Origin: Harriotta raleighana
Lineage: Eukaryota
Reading direction: 5' to 3'
DNA: 64,000 bases
Assembly: GCA_050575255.1 (NCBI GenBank)
Contig: JBNZDD010013718.1
Location: forward strand, 4,680,261-4,744,260
A model generated the notes under the pieces. It ran no database searches and was not told the origin of the DNA. It saw nothing but the letters and a program-made list of their open reading frames with translations. Made by a program: the position numbers and the translations under genes. Below, in pieces: positions 1 to 14,900 of this stretch (the stretch's first letter is position 1; the number at the start of each line of letters is the position of its first letter).

Positions 1-1544
1 AAACCCCAAGTAACAAGAACTGTCAACATTTTCTGCATGCCAAGATAATACAATGCAATACTGTTTCCAGGTCATACTTTAACTTAAAGATCACATTAAT
101 GTTGGAATGGCTTTTTGTGCCTTTCTTGTGATATCTGTCATACTACAAAACTGGATAGTACTGAAGGCATTATTGGGAGCTGATAAATGCATTTCCTTCA
201 CTCTATGTGCCCACCCTCTTAAGGTTGGTTTGTTTATCATAGAAGCAACAGAGCTTTCCTCAACTAGGGTCACCACAGTTAAATCCCCTGACACTCCTCC
301 CGTTTACTTCATCTTATTCTATGTTATTCTATGACGATTTAAACTGCTGAAACAAATGTTTCATTAATATTCTGGGCCAATGAGAATGACACAACATTGC
401 ATTCATTCTGTGGCAATGAAACTCCATGTAGCATTTTGTTCACCTTGGACTATGTGTAACATAAGAACTGCTGCAGTACTTGCCAAACCACAAGCTCCCA
501 TTCACAGCAAGGATATGTAATGCATTGAAACTGATGTCTATATCCTAACACTGTCTAGTTAAGGTGTTATGAGACACTGCTTCTACCAAGCTATTTCACC
601 AAAATATGTGCCTCGGAGCTGTCTTATGAAGTGAACCACACTTGTTTATGTTGGATATAAAGCAAGTCCCCCAGGCAAAAGATTTCTGCCTATATTTACA
701 TTTTTCATAGTGTTTTTACAGTGCACTATTTTGCTTGTGATGCCTGAATTAATAGCCCGACTATAATCTCCAGTTGCTAAAACCGGGGATGTATTTAGAG
801 ATTGAGAATCAGAAACCACTTGCATGATGAATAATAATAACAACAGTACCTTCATTGTGTGATAGACTGTGTTTGCCAGAAAAACAGATTATTCACTATA
901 ATCTTGAAGAAACCTCAGCAATGTGGACTCTTTTCTTAACCATAATTGTGATTGAAACACATGATCAATACACGTTGGTGTATTCTGAATCCATTTGAAT
1001 GACCTTTAATAATGGTTAACTATATGTAATCAACTTACTTTTAACAAATACACATGAAAGGGAGTTTTATTTTGATGGTAAGCATTTGATCATGATAGGA
1101 GTAGGGAATGTAAAAACAAATGACTAAAATAGTATGGGCTCAGCTTTTCTGGATTGAATGTGCTTGTTCATGCTCAGTTGGATTTTTATCAATGAGTAGT
1201 TTCATTATACATAAGCTTCTGGCAGGTATGTTCTACTCATGTTTTGACAGGTGAAATAAAATTTAACTTGATTTAGGATCAGAGCAAAAGCCCCTGACAA
1301 GAATGATTTCATTTGATGCAATTGGCTTATATTCTTGGCCGAAACCTTACATTTATTATTAGTAAAGAGAATTAAAAAATATTTATGATTAGAGGATTTC
1401 TACCATGGAGACTTTCTTTGTTGAGTCATTCGCACATGTGAGATTGGTTGAATAAAGAAAGCTGTTATAAATTGTTGGACATGTGTTAATTTTACATTTT
1501 CACAGATTGTTCTCTGTCATTTTGTTTTATTTCCTGTCTCCTAG

Positions 1545-1590
1545 GCATTGCGAAGGGCGAAATATTAGGTATAAAACTTGTAGCAGTATG
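1545..1590 (+). CDS. ADAMTSL3: ADAMTSL3 exon, end of TSR1 ([15 protein letters not shown])
   Basis: Acceptor tctcctag, donor gtaagt, 46 nt, phase 2 to 0. Confidence 0.9.
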
Positions 1591-4500
1591 GTAAGTAGTG
1601 AATTTCATGTATTTTTTGTACACACATGTGCAAATGTCTCTTTCAAAACTGCTGGGTGGACTTGAATGTTCAATTTGGTGTCATAGCTTTCTTCTCTGTG
1701 CATGGTTTTATAACTAAGGAATAGAAATCTCTATCCTCCTGATGTTTGCAGATGTTATTACAGAGGAATGGATTCCTTTCCTACTTCAAACACCAAGCAT
1801 CAATATTGAGTCTGCTGATGTAGCATGATTAGTATAGATAAAAGCCCCCCAGGTTCTGCTTCTCCAATATACGCTAATTCCACATCCCATACCAACATCT
1901 GAATGACTTCTCTACATTTGATTGACAGTACAGCATCACTGGTAATGGTTTGGAGACTGCACTGTCCAGGAATTACATTGAACTGGTTAACATCAATGCA
2001 TTAGGAATCTTACAGCTAGCAAAGAGAGGAAAGTTTCAGCCATAAATTAGGGGTTGAATTTGAATGCAAGGTCCTGTGGCATAAAATCGCTGTGATCGGC
2101 GGTTGCTGTTTGGCTGGATTCATTGCAAAACACGATTCATATCTGTGAACAGCCAATAGAGTGAAATAGCAGAATATGTTTAGAGCTTATGGAACAGTAC
2201 TACTGTACCAGTAAAAGAATAGTGGCGATTGATTAAAATGTCTGTAAATGCACACATGAACAGAATGCCCCCAATTGGATCCATCGGCTAAAGATGTCTC
2301 TGATGTTTCAAATTCACTCTTGTCAGTATCATCTCATGGTGGTTTATAATTGTTTGGACTGTAAAGCATTAGCATTTTTTTTTAGCTCTACCAGCAGGAC
2401 AGGCAGGACATGCATGTGTAAGACCATTATGAAAATTCCAGCACATCTATTCCTGTGGGAATAAGTAGAACCTCATAAAACTAACTACTGGAATGATCAT
2501 TATTGTTCCCAAGCTAATGTTGAAACGACTCAACCAAAAATTTGCTCTTTTGTAAATGTTTCTCTTCTGCACATTAATTAGTCTTGAGAAAACTATAACA
2601 TTTCCGAATTGCAATTTTCTTTTTGGTGATTCCCATTGAATTTTTATTGATTTAAGGTAATTTTGTTTTATGAGAATAATATATCTGAGAATGAATAATA
2701 AGCAGACATGCCAACCATGTTATTTAAGTACACATTGAGGACTGTAATTGTTGATATTCAAAATATTTTGCTTTAAAATGCATTTCTAATATTTAAGCGT
2801 TAATGTCTGAGAATTATTACTATTGTGAGGTTAGTAAATGAATGTTGTATTGATGTGTGATTCCTAGGCAAGTTATTTTCATTATGAGCAATTTTGTACA
2901 GTAAAGACTGTATACCCTGTATCCAGCTCCTTAAATTTATTTTTGTTGTTAAAGTACAGTATTAAGTTATTTAATGACCTCATCAACTACAAGAGCAAAG
3001 GTTTTGCGAAGTCTTGTAAAGGTCTTGTAAATCCAAGTGTTGTGCTTGTACAACAGCCTTACATACACACTGAACTTTTTTGGGACTATTTTGGCCTTTT
3101 GGGGGGCATTTATCTTTTATTGCCAGTAGCAGCAGTTATCACCATTGTGCTTCATCAGCGAACACAGAAATAATTTCTATCTTTTACAGGTGTCCGGTAC
3201 ATTTAGAGTAATGCATAGTTCGGATTGTATTAATAAGGCATCTTCCATCACTGTGTTCACTGTGGCCTTTCCCCACTGAGGATTGAGACTGGGTCGCTTT
3301 CTAATTCTGCAGCCGGGACATTCTCTCGCTTTCTTTCTCTTTTCACTCGAGGTCCCGAATTTTACATGGTCTTTAGCTTGTAAAAATTAGCTTGTAAAAA
3401 TTAGCTTGTAAAAATTCACGCAGAATTAAGGAAAATTATTCAATTCCACCACAAATTGGAAGCAGGTTCTTTCTTTTAAGAACTATGGAGTAAGGTTTTC
3501 TCTACAAAGCCTTAGTAATGCATCCCAGCACCAATCCCAGAGGAACACTTTCAATTGCACAAGCATGACATTTTGCGTTCTTCACTACCTACCCAGAGGA
3601 CTTTCTCAGTGTGATTGCCAATTTAGTTCCAAATCAAGGGCAAAGTTGTTTGAATTCATGTTGGTGGTTTAAGGACTGCACAAATCAGTTTTACAAAAGG
3701 CTCTTACCTCTGCAAGAGGACTCAGAGGCAAGCAACAAAGAAGACTTTCATTCCATCAATTTGGGATGGGTTTGTTTGAATTCTGGTCTCAGTGGTGAGA
3801 GGCTGTTATGCTATCCCACTGTGTATTCAGTTTCATCTCAGTCCTTCATCTCTTTCAATGCAATGCATTATTGCATATTTCCCACGATTTTGAGATGCAG
3901 AATGAGTGTGTGTGTGTGCTTTGCAACATTGTTAGTTCTTAGTTTCTTCTATGTTCTCGTTATATTTTATCTGTGTTTAAAGGATTGCCCTCCTGAGGCC
4001 GGCGATTTCCGAGGTCAGCAGTGTTCTGCACATAATGATATGAAACACCAGGGACAATCTTATGAATGGATTCCTATATACAGTGACCCAGATAATCCAT
4101 GTGCTCTGAAATGTCAGGCTTCGGGAACAAGTTTGATTGTGGAATTATCGCCCAAAGTGCTCGATGGTACCCGGTGCAACACCGAGACTTTGAATATGTG
4201 CATCAGTGGAATTTGTCAAGTAAGTTTATGCTGTACTTACCAACAGTGGGAGTATGTAGTTAAAGCACTGGGTTTTTTTTGCTGCAAAATCATCATTGAA
4301 ACATTGAGCATGAAAGCAGTATGTGAGCATTAACTGTGTTTCTTAAACCTTAGTCCACTTTTTTTGTGTGGGGGGGGTGGTGGGGACAAGGGGGGAAGTC
4401 AATGTCAAATATCATTAAGAAAGTGAAGGCTGCTTTCAATAGCTTTACCACAAAAAGTGATAGTTCAACAACTTGAAAGGATAAAGCTTCATCCAAGTTT

Positions 4501-7500
4501 CTGAACAATTCATTGTAACTGAGCCCCTCTCCCAATGACTACCCAATGCCCAGCAGCTACCTATTGCAGCTCGACTAAAATTGAGGAATTCTTAGTTTCA
4601 GAAGCAATACAATCCTTGCCAGCAATTGGGAGCAGAAACGTCTAAACAGGCATTGGCCAACCCATGGCCTGGGGGGCTGGAAGTGGCCTTCAAGGCCATC
4701 AAGGCCTTCCCCACACAAACATTCACAGTCCAGACAAGTCTGTTCCAAATCAATGTCTTGTTTCCAGTAGATTCTGAGCATCGATGCCCTTGGTGCAGCA
4801 ATAAATCAGGAAAATCTATATTGTTGATCGATCAAAAACATTAGCTACCAGTGTTCTAGAACTTATCACACTGTGATGCCCTTGCTTATAAAATGTACAT
4901 ATTTGAATTTAATTGACATATTGTTTGTGTTTTATCCATATTATTTTATAATCAAGGGTTTCTCTGAAACTTGCTGGAATCCTTGCAATTTTAAATTCTG
5001 TTTCAAAGCCTTCTAGATACATTGGATTTAACTGTAAACCTTATGTATTTTACTCTTCTGAATTTTATTTTAAAGTCCTCAGAATGCACTGTAAAGCAAA
5101 TTGACTTTACAGTATACAGTTAACCCTTGTCGAACGTGATTTTGTCGATTGCGAACTCAAGTATACGCGACAAAACAAAAGCATCACTTTTTTGTGCAGC
5201 ACGCATAAAACTTATGTATATGCACTGGCTGGCCCCCATGTGCATGCGCATGTGTGAGGATGCCGACTGCTCCCGACTAAATCCGATGATTCCTCGGCTG
5301 GTTGGTCCCGCACGCATGCTCACATTTGACGAGGCCGGCAGATCCCGACTAAAGTCGATGATTCCTCAGCTGGCTGGCCCCGCATGCAATGCATTGTTGG
5401 GTAAGTTTTAGATAACTCTTCGGCTCGGAGCATCCTGATGGCATTGCATGGTAAACAGAAGAGACAGAGAGAACAGTACTTCAGCCTAGCTGTAGTTTTA
5501 TTGCTTTATTGCTTTCTTTTTATTACTTTACTGCTTTGTTATCGCTTTACAGCAATAAAGCGATAACAAAGCCGGAGCCGGCCACCTGTGGCTCTCTGCT
5601 CCCCCCAAGCGGCTCTCTGCCCCCTTCCCCCCCCCCCACCGAGCGGCGCTCTGCTCCCACCCCACCTCGAGCGGCGACCTGCTCCCCGCCCCGCCCCAAG
5701 CGGCTCTCTGCGGCTTGAGGTAGGTAGCCTGCTACTAGATTCCCCTAACCCGCCTTTTAGTTGTTAACTTTACCCAACACGATTTTTATCGAGTGTGCAG
5801 TTTTCCAGGAGCGGAACCCCCTCAATCGCCAAAGGTTAACTTTATTAATTAAGTGAATGATGTTTTCCTTTCAATTTGAGAATCATCAGAATTCTGAACG
5901 AGTGTTCCAGCTGCTTAAATATAGAAAAACAAGTATCGTTCTACTTCTCTCCCGCTATTTGCAGTCACCATGTCTCCTTTGCCCCCAAACTAAAGAACAA
6001 GCTCTGTTGTGCCTGGGTGGGTTCAGAATTCCAAAAGGTGAGGTAAGCAGGTTTTTCACTGAGCACATATGATGAAAAGTTGATTGCATTAACCTAGTAC
6101 TTGCTTATTCAGCTGATGCCATGCTGGAGCAAGAGGTCCCGGTTCTATTCAGATGAGATCCATTTACCTCATCCATCAATCTCAGTGAGACAGTAGCACT
6201 TACTTTGCTCTCCGTGACTGTAGAGAGCATATCTTGTGATCACAATGCAAAACCTATAGAGAGCACTTTTAGTGTTTTTTTAAAATGGTAAAGCTTGCTT
6301 TGATGCTCACAAGTCTATAGTCTGGTCAGTCCTCATTACCATTCCCTCATTACCTTCACAGTGGTTGTTCTTTAACACTTTTACTGTTGCATAAAAACTC
6401 TCCCAATAAAGGACTATGTCTGGAATTGACGCATTCAGATCGAAAGTAAGACGGAATTTGTCTGAAAGTTGTGCTCAGCAAACTTATTAATTTCTTGTAC
6501 AATTTCTGAAGAAGGGAGAAGGGCTCTTACATTTCTGGTTATTATTAATATTGCAGCCTTATTTCAATTGGTCTTGTTTACCTTTCTCTCTCCCTATTCC
6601 TGCCCCATCTCTCCCTCTCTACTCTATCTTTCCGTCTCTCTCCATCTCTCTTCCGCTCTCTGCTCTGTCTCGCCCTCTCTGCTCTCTCTTTCTCCCAATT
6701 TCTGATCCATCCTTCCTCCTCTCTCACCCTCACACTCTGCCCCATCTCTCCCTCTGTGTTCCATCTCTCCCTCTGTGTGCAATTGGCTGCTACGTTTCGC
6801 CCACAAATATAAGGTCAATTCACTTTACAATATATTCTGTGAAGCGCTTTGGGATGTCGATAAGATGTGAAAAGCGCTTTATCAAATGCAAGGATTATTA
6901 TTATTCCACAAAGTGCTTCTGGTTTAATAATGGCTTCTGTTAGATGTAATTTTTTTTATTAAAAGGTAAATCAAGATTTTGTAGTTATATGCACTTTCTA
7001 TTCTAAATCTTTCATTGGTTACAGTGTAGATTGTGGCCCAGATGAAGTAACTAAGCTTTAGTGTGACTAAAAGAGGAAATACTCTGCGACATACTGGCAT
7101 TCATTCCTATAAGCTATATTTATAGAGAAGTAGATAATTATTAGGGAAGACATGGTTGCAGGGCAATGTGGAGAGAGCAGGGAGTGGGATAGATTTGGAC
7201 AGCTCTTTACAAAGAGCTGACACAGACACTAAGATTACATAGATTTTCTGTGCTTGTATAATATTAAGATTCTATGCTTGGTTCCTGATCTCATGTGACC
7301 TGAGACAGAAAGATGCCAAGTGACCTTGGTCTAATATTATTGTATAAAAGCAGGAGCCAGTTTCACACTGAAGATCCGAAGAGAAATTTCTCCTGTATGA
7401 GCATCAAGAATTTTCATTCCACCCACTCAAGCCTTTCTTTGTTTCCTATTTTAGCTCCATCACCAGTGAGATTTTTTCCCAATAGTTCATATTGCTTGGG

Positions 7501-10500
7501 TATTTTACTCAGAGTATCAGAGGTGCAACTGTGGCACTCGCCTGAGAGAAATGTTCTCTCATGTTGACATGACATGAGAAATGAAATAGTAATTTAACTG
7601 GTAACTGATAGAAGAACTCACTGAAACTCTGGCTTCCAGGCAAAGTTCACTCTGGAACACATGGTAACTTTATGATAGTTTGTAAAATTCAACAGAGAAT
7701 CTTACCTGTGTTCTATCATGAAAAGTCTATTTGAAGTGTTTTATCCTCCTCTGCAATTTTCTTCCATTAAAAGTCCTGACTCGTGCTGGGGAGATATTTC
7801 TATGGGTGCCGGTATACTCTCGAATCTCACCCACGTGGGCAATATTCATATGTGAATCCATATGGCAAGTTTCCTAATCCTTATACGGTACAAAGCAACA
7901 TTTGTTTGCAACAAAAGGTATTTAAGACATTATCCCATCTTTATTATGGGTGACCTTGGAAATATGTTAAGAAACAGAATGCCAACAAGAAATCTTGGAG
8001 TAACAGTGATTGAGTCTGTTGCAACCAGAACCTCAAAGGAAGGCTGCTGTTATGAATAGCATTTAGCTGCTATGACTTTGAGAGAGTGTGGTTTTCCACT
8101 ACATCCAAATTCTAGATTACATTGCAGTTAAATGCATAGTTTTTTTTTGTTCGCAGGTTGTCATAATCTTTCTGCATCTGCCATGATGTATTCTGTCTGG
8201 CTGCAGCGATTGTGCTTCAAAAAGAATAAAGTCTGAAATGACGGCAGTCATCCAAAAATGTCAGCTAAATGCAGGATTTGAACGGTCAGGTTGTGAGAGG
8301 AAGCAGTCTATGAAAGAATTAAAAGAAAAATTGACACTATCCATGATTGAACTAGGTAGCACAGTCGGGTTTAGAGTTCTATGGAAATGACAGATGGCTG
8401 GGGTCAGACCTCAGTTGGAGAAATCACTGGACTTTATAGAAGCTGTGGGTGAGAAATTCCTCACCCTTCTAAGTGGTAATATTGACAGTGTGTGCATGAA
8501 CGGAGGTGGGCAGCCCATCATCAAAGTCACTGCACTCGATAGCTTGTGGAATTTGTAGCCAAATACATGACTTATTTTTCCAGTTAGACATTTCTAGATC
8601 ACAAAAGCAAATCTTGCTTTTACAAATCAAAAATTGTGAATACACCCCTTTAGGCCCCTAATTACATTTTATTACCATTTAGTTTGAGTGCCGGCGTACT
8701 AATGATAGTATTTTTATTCCTGGTGCAGCTGTTTCCCAATTTCTAGTATCTACTAAATGCAAATCAAGGCAGATTACATTTTATATTCTGTCAAGCAGAG
8801 CAATTTAATGGTGGACAATTCTATGGATTTGGAAGGGCTTTATCCATACACTGCACTATGGATGAGTCTTCATGTTGCAGGATTCATTTATTAAAAGAAG
8901 TCGCTGTATGCAATACATTATTATTCGAATTCTATACAACTTTTAGGTGTACTAAAACCTTTGTAAATTTGGGGATTGATTTATTTAGTTATATATGGCT
9001 TTTCACAGAAGTGCTACCAAGGGGAAGGTTGGATTCTCAAGACAGTAACATGATGCGAGCAGTAAAGGAAAGAATAGATTTGTAGAATAACACACACCAG
9101 TAAAAAGAGCAACTTGAGTCTCCATTTAGTGAGCATTCACCATGGTTGAGATGAATCTATAGCAAAAATGGTGTAAAGATGTGAACTAAAATTGGTTTAA
9201 AGACACCCTCCTAACATGAAAGGCACTGTACAAATGTAATTTGTTGTTTTCCTTGAGCATTAAGGCACAATATCAAATGCAAGGATTCTTATTTAAAGTG
9301 AGAAGTAATTGATTTGATCTCCATGTTTTCCCAATTTCGTACATTCAACTTGGACCAAGGCACATTGATAGGACCACAGTACAGAATGGGTTATTTTGCA
9401 CTTCTGATGCTGTGATTTTTTTTAGTGCAAAGTAAAATGTTCAAAAATAAAACAGTTCTGTAGGTATTCCAAATAAATTAGCTGTCAAATAATCAGAGCT
9501 GTGCAGTGACAGAATGAGGCCAATCCAAATTGTGAAGGGTAACATAAAAAATAAACAGTTTTCCTGTAATTTGAGCTTGTATACCATCAGTTTCACCCTT
9601 TTGACTGGTGTTGGCGTTGTTGTTGGCAGGTAGTGGGATGTGATCGACAGCTTGGGAGTAAAACCAAAGAAGACAACTGTGGAATTTGCGCAGGAGACGG
9701 GTCCACGTGCAGGCTGGTGAGAGGACAGGCCAAATCCCATGTGTCTCCCGAAAAACGTATGTGTCAGGTTTATTTTTGTCATTAAATTGGTTTGTTTTAA
9801 AAACCTAAATTCCTGTTGCTTAATCTGAAACCTCATGCAGCTAGGAGCATAACTGAATGCATCATTTCATAAAGAGAATGCCGTCTGCAGTAACTTTTTG
9901 TGCTTTTTCATCCTTTCTATTTTTCTAAGAAATTCCTTACTTTATGATGTGTAAGCATGATGGTAATATACACTAATTTTTTTAAGATTCTACCATGGTT
10001 GGGATGGGTGGGGGAGGGAGATTGTTAAAAGATAAATCAATAGTTAATTTAGTTAATCACATGTGGGGTTTGAATGAAGAGAGTGAATTGGGCTGCTTGA
10101 TCTCATCCTGCCATGAATACTTATCAGAGATTTTCACAAGATTCTTTGTTTGTAGTTTGAGACCGTGCAAGGTTACTTGCATTATTTGACTCTGGTAAAG
10201 GCTGTCTGCTGGTACAACAATCTCACAATACCACTTGACTGTTGAAAGTACTTTACCTGAGAGAAAATCTGGAGATTGTGTGCCATGATACTGTTTGCAT
10301 TAGTACTTTTTTTTAACCACTTAAAAGTATGGTAAAGCCATCACTGCTCTCGAGTTGGTGTAAATCACCCTTGATCTTGTCGCTGTTTGGACTAAACTGT
10401 GGCATTAAGTCACTGACAGGGTTTGGTCACATCTTGTATTGGGTTCCTCGGGTGCTGGTTAGGAGCTTGAATTGAATTTCATGCCTTCACATGTGTGTTC

Positions 10501-11957
10501 ACACATCTTGACAGCTCATGTTGAGAAAAGAAGTGTCGTGTGAATATTTTAGGGCTGTAAAACCATGCGCCGTGATGAATTACTGAGTGCTAACTGATGG
10601 TATGTCAACATTCAGCTGATTTTCCTCCTCTTTTTTTTAAATCACTCAGTGGAAGATACAGTGATTGCGGTTCCATATGGGAGTCGCCACGTGAAAATCA
10701 CAGTCAAGGGGCCAGCCCACCTTTGTGAGTTTCATTTCAAAATCTGCAACAATTTTAAATTCAGTAAGAGCAAATCTTTGATGCATATAAATCAGCGCGG
10801 ATTAACCGCAGAGTAGAACGTAAAGCAATCGCTGCCGCACCTGAAGCCTGAGCGAGCTCTGGTCTCTCCAGCCATCTCTCACTTCCGATCAAAGACGTTG
10901 AATGTATATATGTAACCACGTGGTTGCATTTGTTGGAAAGTCGTGTCACTCCAAACAGGAAAAACGGGTAATGCGTGAAAAAGTTTCTTTAAATTCTAAC
11001 ACATTTCTGAAATCTGTGCAGGTTAGTTTGTTGGCATTTGTAATTGGAGCGAAAATCTAGCCTTCAGACCTCCTCAGCAATAAAAGCCCATCTGCAGTAA
11101 AATAGTTGAAGTGCTATTTGTGAAATGCGTGTTCGTAAAGTGCAGTGCCAGGAATACTCATAACCAGCTAATTACTTTTACCTTGCTCAGTGGATTACCT
11201 CCCAGATTGTAGTGATGTTTGTGTAAAATCTCTCTTCTGCAAATATGTGATACAATGTTACGTACAAAACTTATAAAATCAGTCTGAGGTAAAATCGCAC
11301 TATTTCCAGACTCAAAGCTCAGAAGGTTTTATGAAAGTTAAGAAGGGGGAAAACAGCTCNCTCTCTTCTGCAAATATGTGATACAATGTTACGTACAAAA
11401 CTTATAAAATGAGTCTGAGGTAAAATCGCACTATTTCCAGACTCAAAGCTGTACATCAGAAGGTTTTATGAAAGTTAAGAAGGGGGAAAACAGCTCAAAT
11501 ATGTCTCTCAGTCTTAAAATTGTTTACATTATCGTATCACACAGCTGGTAGTTTTCATTTGCTCCATTCAAACTTTTTATATTTCAATTAACTATTTAAA
11601 GTTTTTTTCCCCCTCCCTTCTTCCCCATTCTTACAAAGCCTCCCAAGATGCATTTTGTACCAACCAAGCCCTGCCTGAGAACACAGGGAGGTGATTAAAA
11701 TTAAACTGCTCCCAGGCCACAATTGAAAGTCTTCATTTGAATTGCAATTAGGAACAAAAATGTGTGTGTTAAATCGGCAATAAAAAGAAACTTCCCCAAG
11801 GATATGCCTTAGTTTTCAGATTTTTTTCTTTCCAATTAAAAAAAAGTACTGGTGTTAATAATGTAAAAGTATGTCATTACCCACAGCAATGTCGGTACAA
11901 TAAGGCTTTATGAATGCTCTTCTTAGGAGTCTTTTTTTTCCCTCTTCTGCTTTTGTC

Positions 11958-11988
<31 letters not shown>

Positions 11989-14900
11989 GGTTTCTCTCCC
12001 ACTTTGGATGTGTTTTGTCCTTGCAGTAATATAAAAATCCATGCATTTGATATTGGGCTTTGTTACTTTGTTAAAATGTCTCAAAAGCACTTCAGAAGTT
12101 CATTGTAACGTGTGTGATTGTGCATTTATTATGTAAACCCAGTTTTCACTTCCTCTGAGGCTAAGATGTCTCTTTTGCTCTCTCCATAACCCCCTGCATA
12201 TATCTATACCCTCCTCTGAAGTTCGGTTTTAAAATTGGATGTTAATTAGTCATATTACTTTGATCAAATGTTTCCAGATTTTTTTTCGTGCAATTTTGCT
12301 TGTACGTTTGTGGAGTAATCATTTAGACATTCATCAAAGAAACACAAGCTAACTGGATGGGATGTGCCGACATAATAGAGCGCCATTTTAGCCTACTGAT
12401 AAACAACAGTGATCTTTTATTAAAGGTTATTGATACAGTGGTTTCTGGTGTGTGACTAATCAAAGGTAAATAATATCTTGTGATCATCTGGTTTGTGTAA
12501 CTAGGCATATTTGGTTGCATTTATACTGCTTTATCTGGCAAATGTGGAAACTAAAAGGTTGGCAGTAATGTTTTCAAGAACACATTTTTTAAAAACTATA
12601 AATATGTTGGCCTCACTCAGGCTGGGTAAGATATGCCAGTAATTGTAACAGTGTTGTAATGAAAACATTAATAATCCATGCATTTGATACAGTGCCTTAT
12701 TACATTGTTAAGATGTCACAAAGCACTTCACGGGATATGTTGTAAAGTGTGTTTTGTGTGCAAATTGCGACAGACAATTGTGACAGCAGTGTCCCACAAA
12801 TAATCGTCAATTGAGCAATCAAATCTTTATTTTGGAGATTTTTTGTGTTTGGAACATTGGTGCGAAAAATGGAAGACAGTCTTTATAATTCATTTCAAGA
12901 GGGCTACTTAGTGTATCTGCCATTTCTACTCAACGTATTTTGAACGCCTTAATGAATAAATTGTGTATTTCTTGAGCTGAATTGCTTACAAAATGACATT
13001 CCTCTACTATTGGTTGAGAGAGGGGGCTAAACAAAAAGATACACAATATTTTGATATTCCTGGAAACCAATTTATTTCAGATATTGAATCCAAAACGCTA
13101 CAGGGACGCAAAGGAGAATACAACCTAAGTACGGTGGGATCGTATGATATTGAGAATACCACCGTCGAATTTCAGAAAAGTTCCGATAAAGAAATTCTCA
13201 AGATGCAGGGTCCACTGGGTGCTGACTTCATTATTAAGGTACTTGTTTCTTAAAAGCGTTGTACATTAAGGAATTTTACCAACTTCATTCACATTCGTCC
13301 TAATGCACATCTTATTCCTGCTTTCCTTTACTCTCGACTGTGAACACATTCACTGAGAAGTACAAATTTATGAGACAAACACATTGACTGACCCTTTCAA
13401 CTAGGCACAGCCAAACTCTTGCAAATCAGTGATACCGTCAAACATATGTTTTCCTCATATGTAAAAAAAATACAGGCCAATTTACGCAATGAAAGTTTTT
13501 TTTCAGAAATATTACCCAATCCAGGAAAATTGATGTTGATCAAATGTCTGTCAGAAGTGATTTTCCTTAAGCCAACCAATCATTGTTTAATAGTTGGTGA
13601 AATTATATAAGACTTATTCTCCTCCCTATACTGAAAGTCTTAAAAGATCATTATGTTGCACTGTATATACTTTTGAACACATACCCAGCCAATTGTAATT
13701 TTCATTTTAAAATATTCTTCCAGATTGTTAGAGCTAATTGATATGGTGTTCCAAAAATTTATAATCTGGTACTAAACATTTGGCAAGGTTTGTATGTGTT
13801 CGTGTGTGTTTGTACATGTGTACATTTATAATACATATAAATATATTTGTTGTTCTGTAGATATAGCTGACAAATCACTTTTATATAATTGACTGTTACA
13901 TTTGCAGTAAATATATCACATACGACATAGCTATATAAATATGAACTTTTTAGACCTTTACTTTATTATATTGTGCAAAATGTCTTTAAAGTTTATACTT
14001 TTTCATGCAGATTTATGTAAGGAACATATAGCTCTACAGAAAAAACTAACCAAACAAAAGATAAGTTAAATATATCATCAACTGCATATTTAATGCATGT
14101 TTTTTGAAAAAAGGGCTGTATTTTATGAAATAATTTGAATGTTCCCTGTACTAAGAGGAACAGTATCTCAGGAATGGCTTAAGAAGTAGCTATTTGGCGA
14201 TCAATCATTTCAGATTATTTGTTCCTAACCTCTGAAACAGCCTTCATTTTGCTCCTCTCTATCTGTTTATCGTTTTGACCGTGCCGAAGGTCACCTCTAA
14301 GCTTGCTATGTGTCCATCTCTGTCAAAGTCTTGCACACTGTCCTCTGTGAAGGGGGCTATATAAGTGCAACTTGTTGTTGTTGTTGTTACACCCTTATTA
14401 TTGTCAACAGCAGGAATCAGTATGCATTCTACAATGGTTGTAATCTCACAGTTGGGGAGATATCACTGTCTAGCGCCTTGGTACGCCCTTCTGATGTGAA
14501 AGACTCTCTACCAATGTAATTTTATTGTTGTGGTTGCTTGTGAAATTATTCTCAATAATCATATGGTTCACACCCTCAGGAAGGAGAGCAAAATAGAAAA
14601 TTCCAATACTGAAGCAAATCTGAATTTTCATCAAAAGGCTTCAGCGAAATGCAAGCGTATCCCTCTGCAAGGAATTATCGTAGCAACAGAAAACTGCATA
14701 AACTTTACCTCACTGCATCAGCAGTGATCCTTAAGAAAAGTTATGATCAGTACTGAGGAGCTCTCATGAACCGTGTAGCACTGGAGCAGAATAGGCANTA
14801 AACTTTACCTCACTGCATCAGCAGTGATCCTTAAGAAAAGTTATGATCAGTACTGAGGAGCTCTCATGAACCGTGTAGCACTGGAGAGAATAGGCGGACA

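Noticed and set aside
5585-5712. CRISPR-like repeat-spacer pattern
   Set aside because: This is a vertebrate intron; the spacers are low-complexity C-runs and there are no cas genes. It is a minisatellite.
6469-6943. Ser/Leu/Pro-rich ORFs
   Set aside because: They are translations of the CT-rich tract plus a SINE tail.
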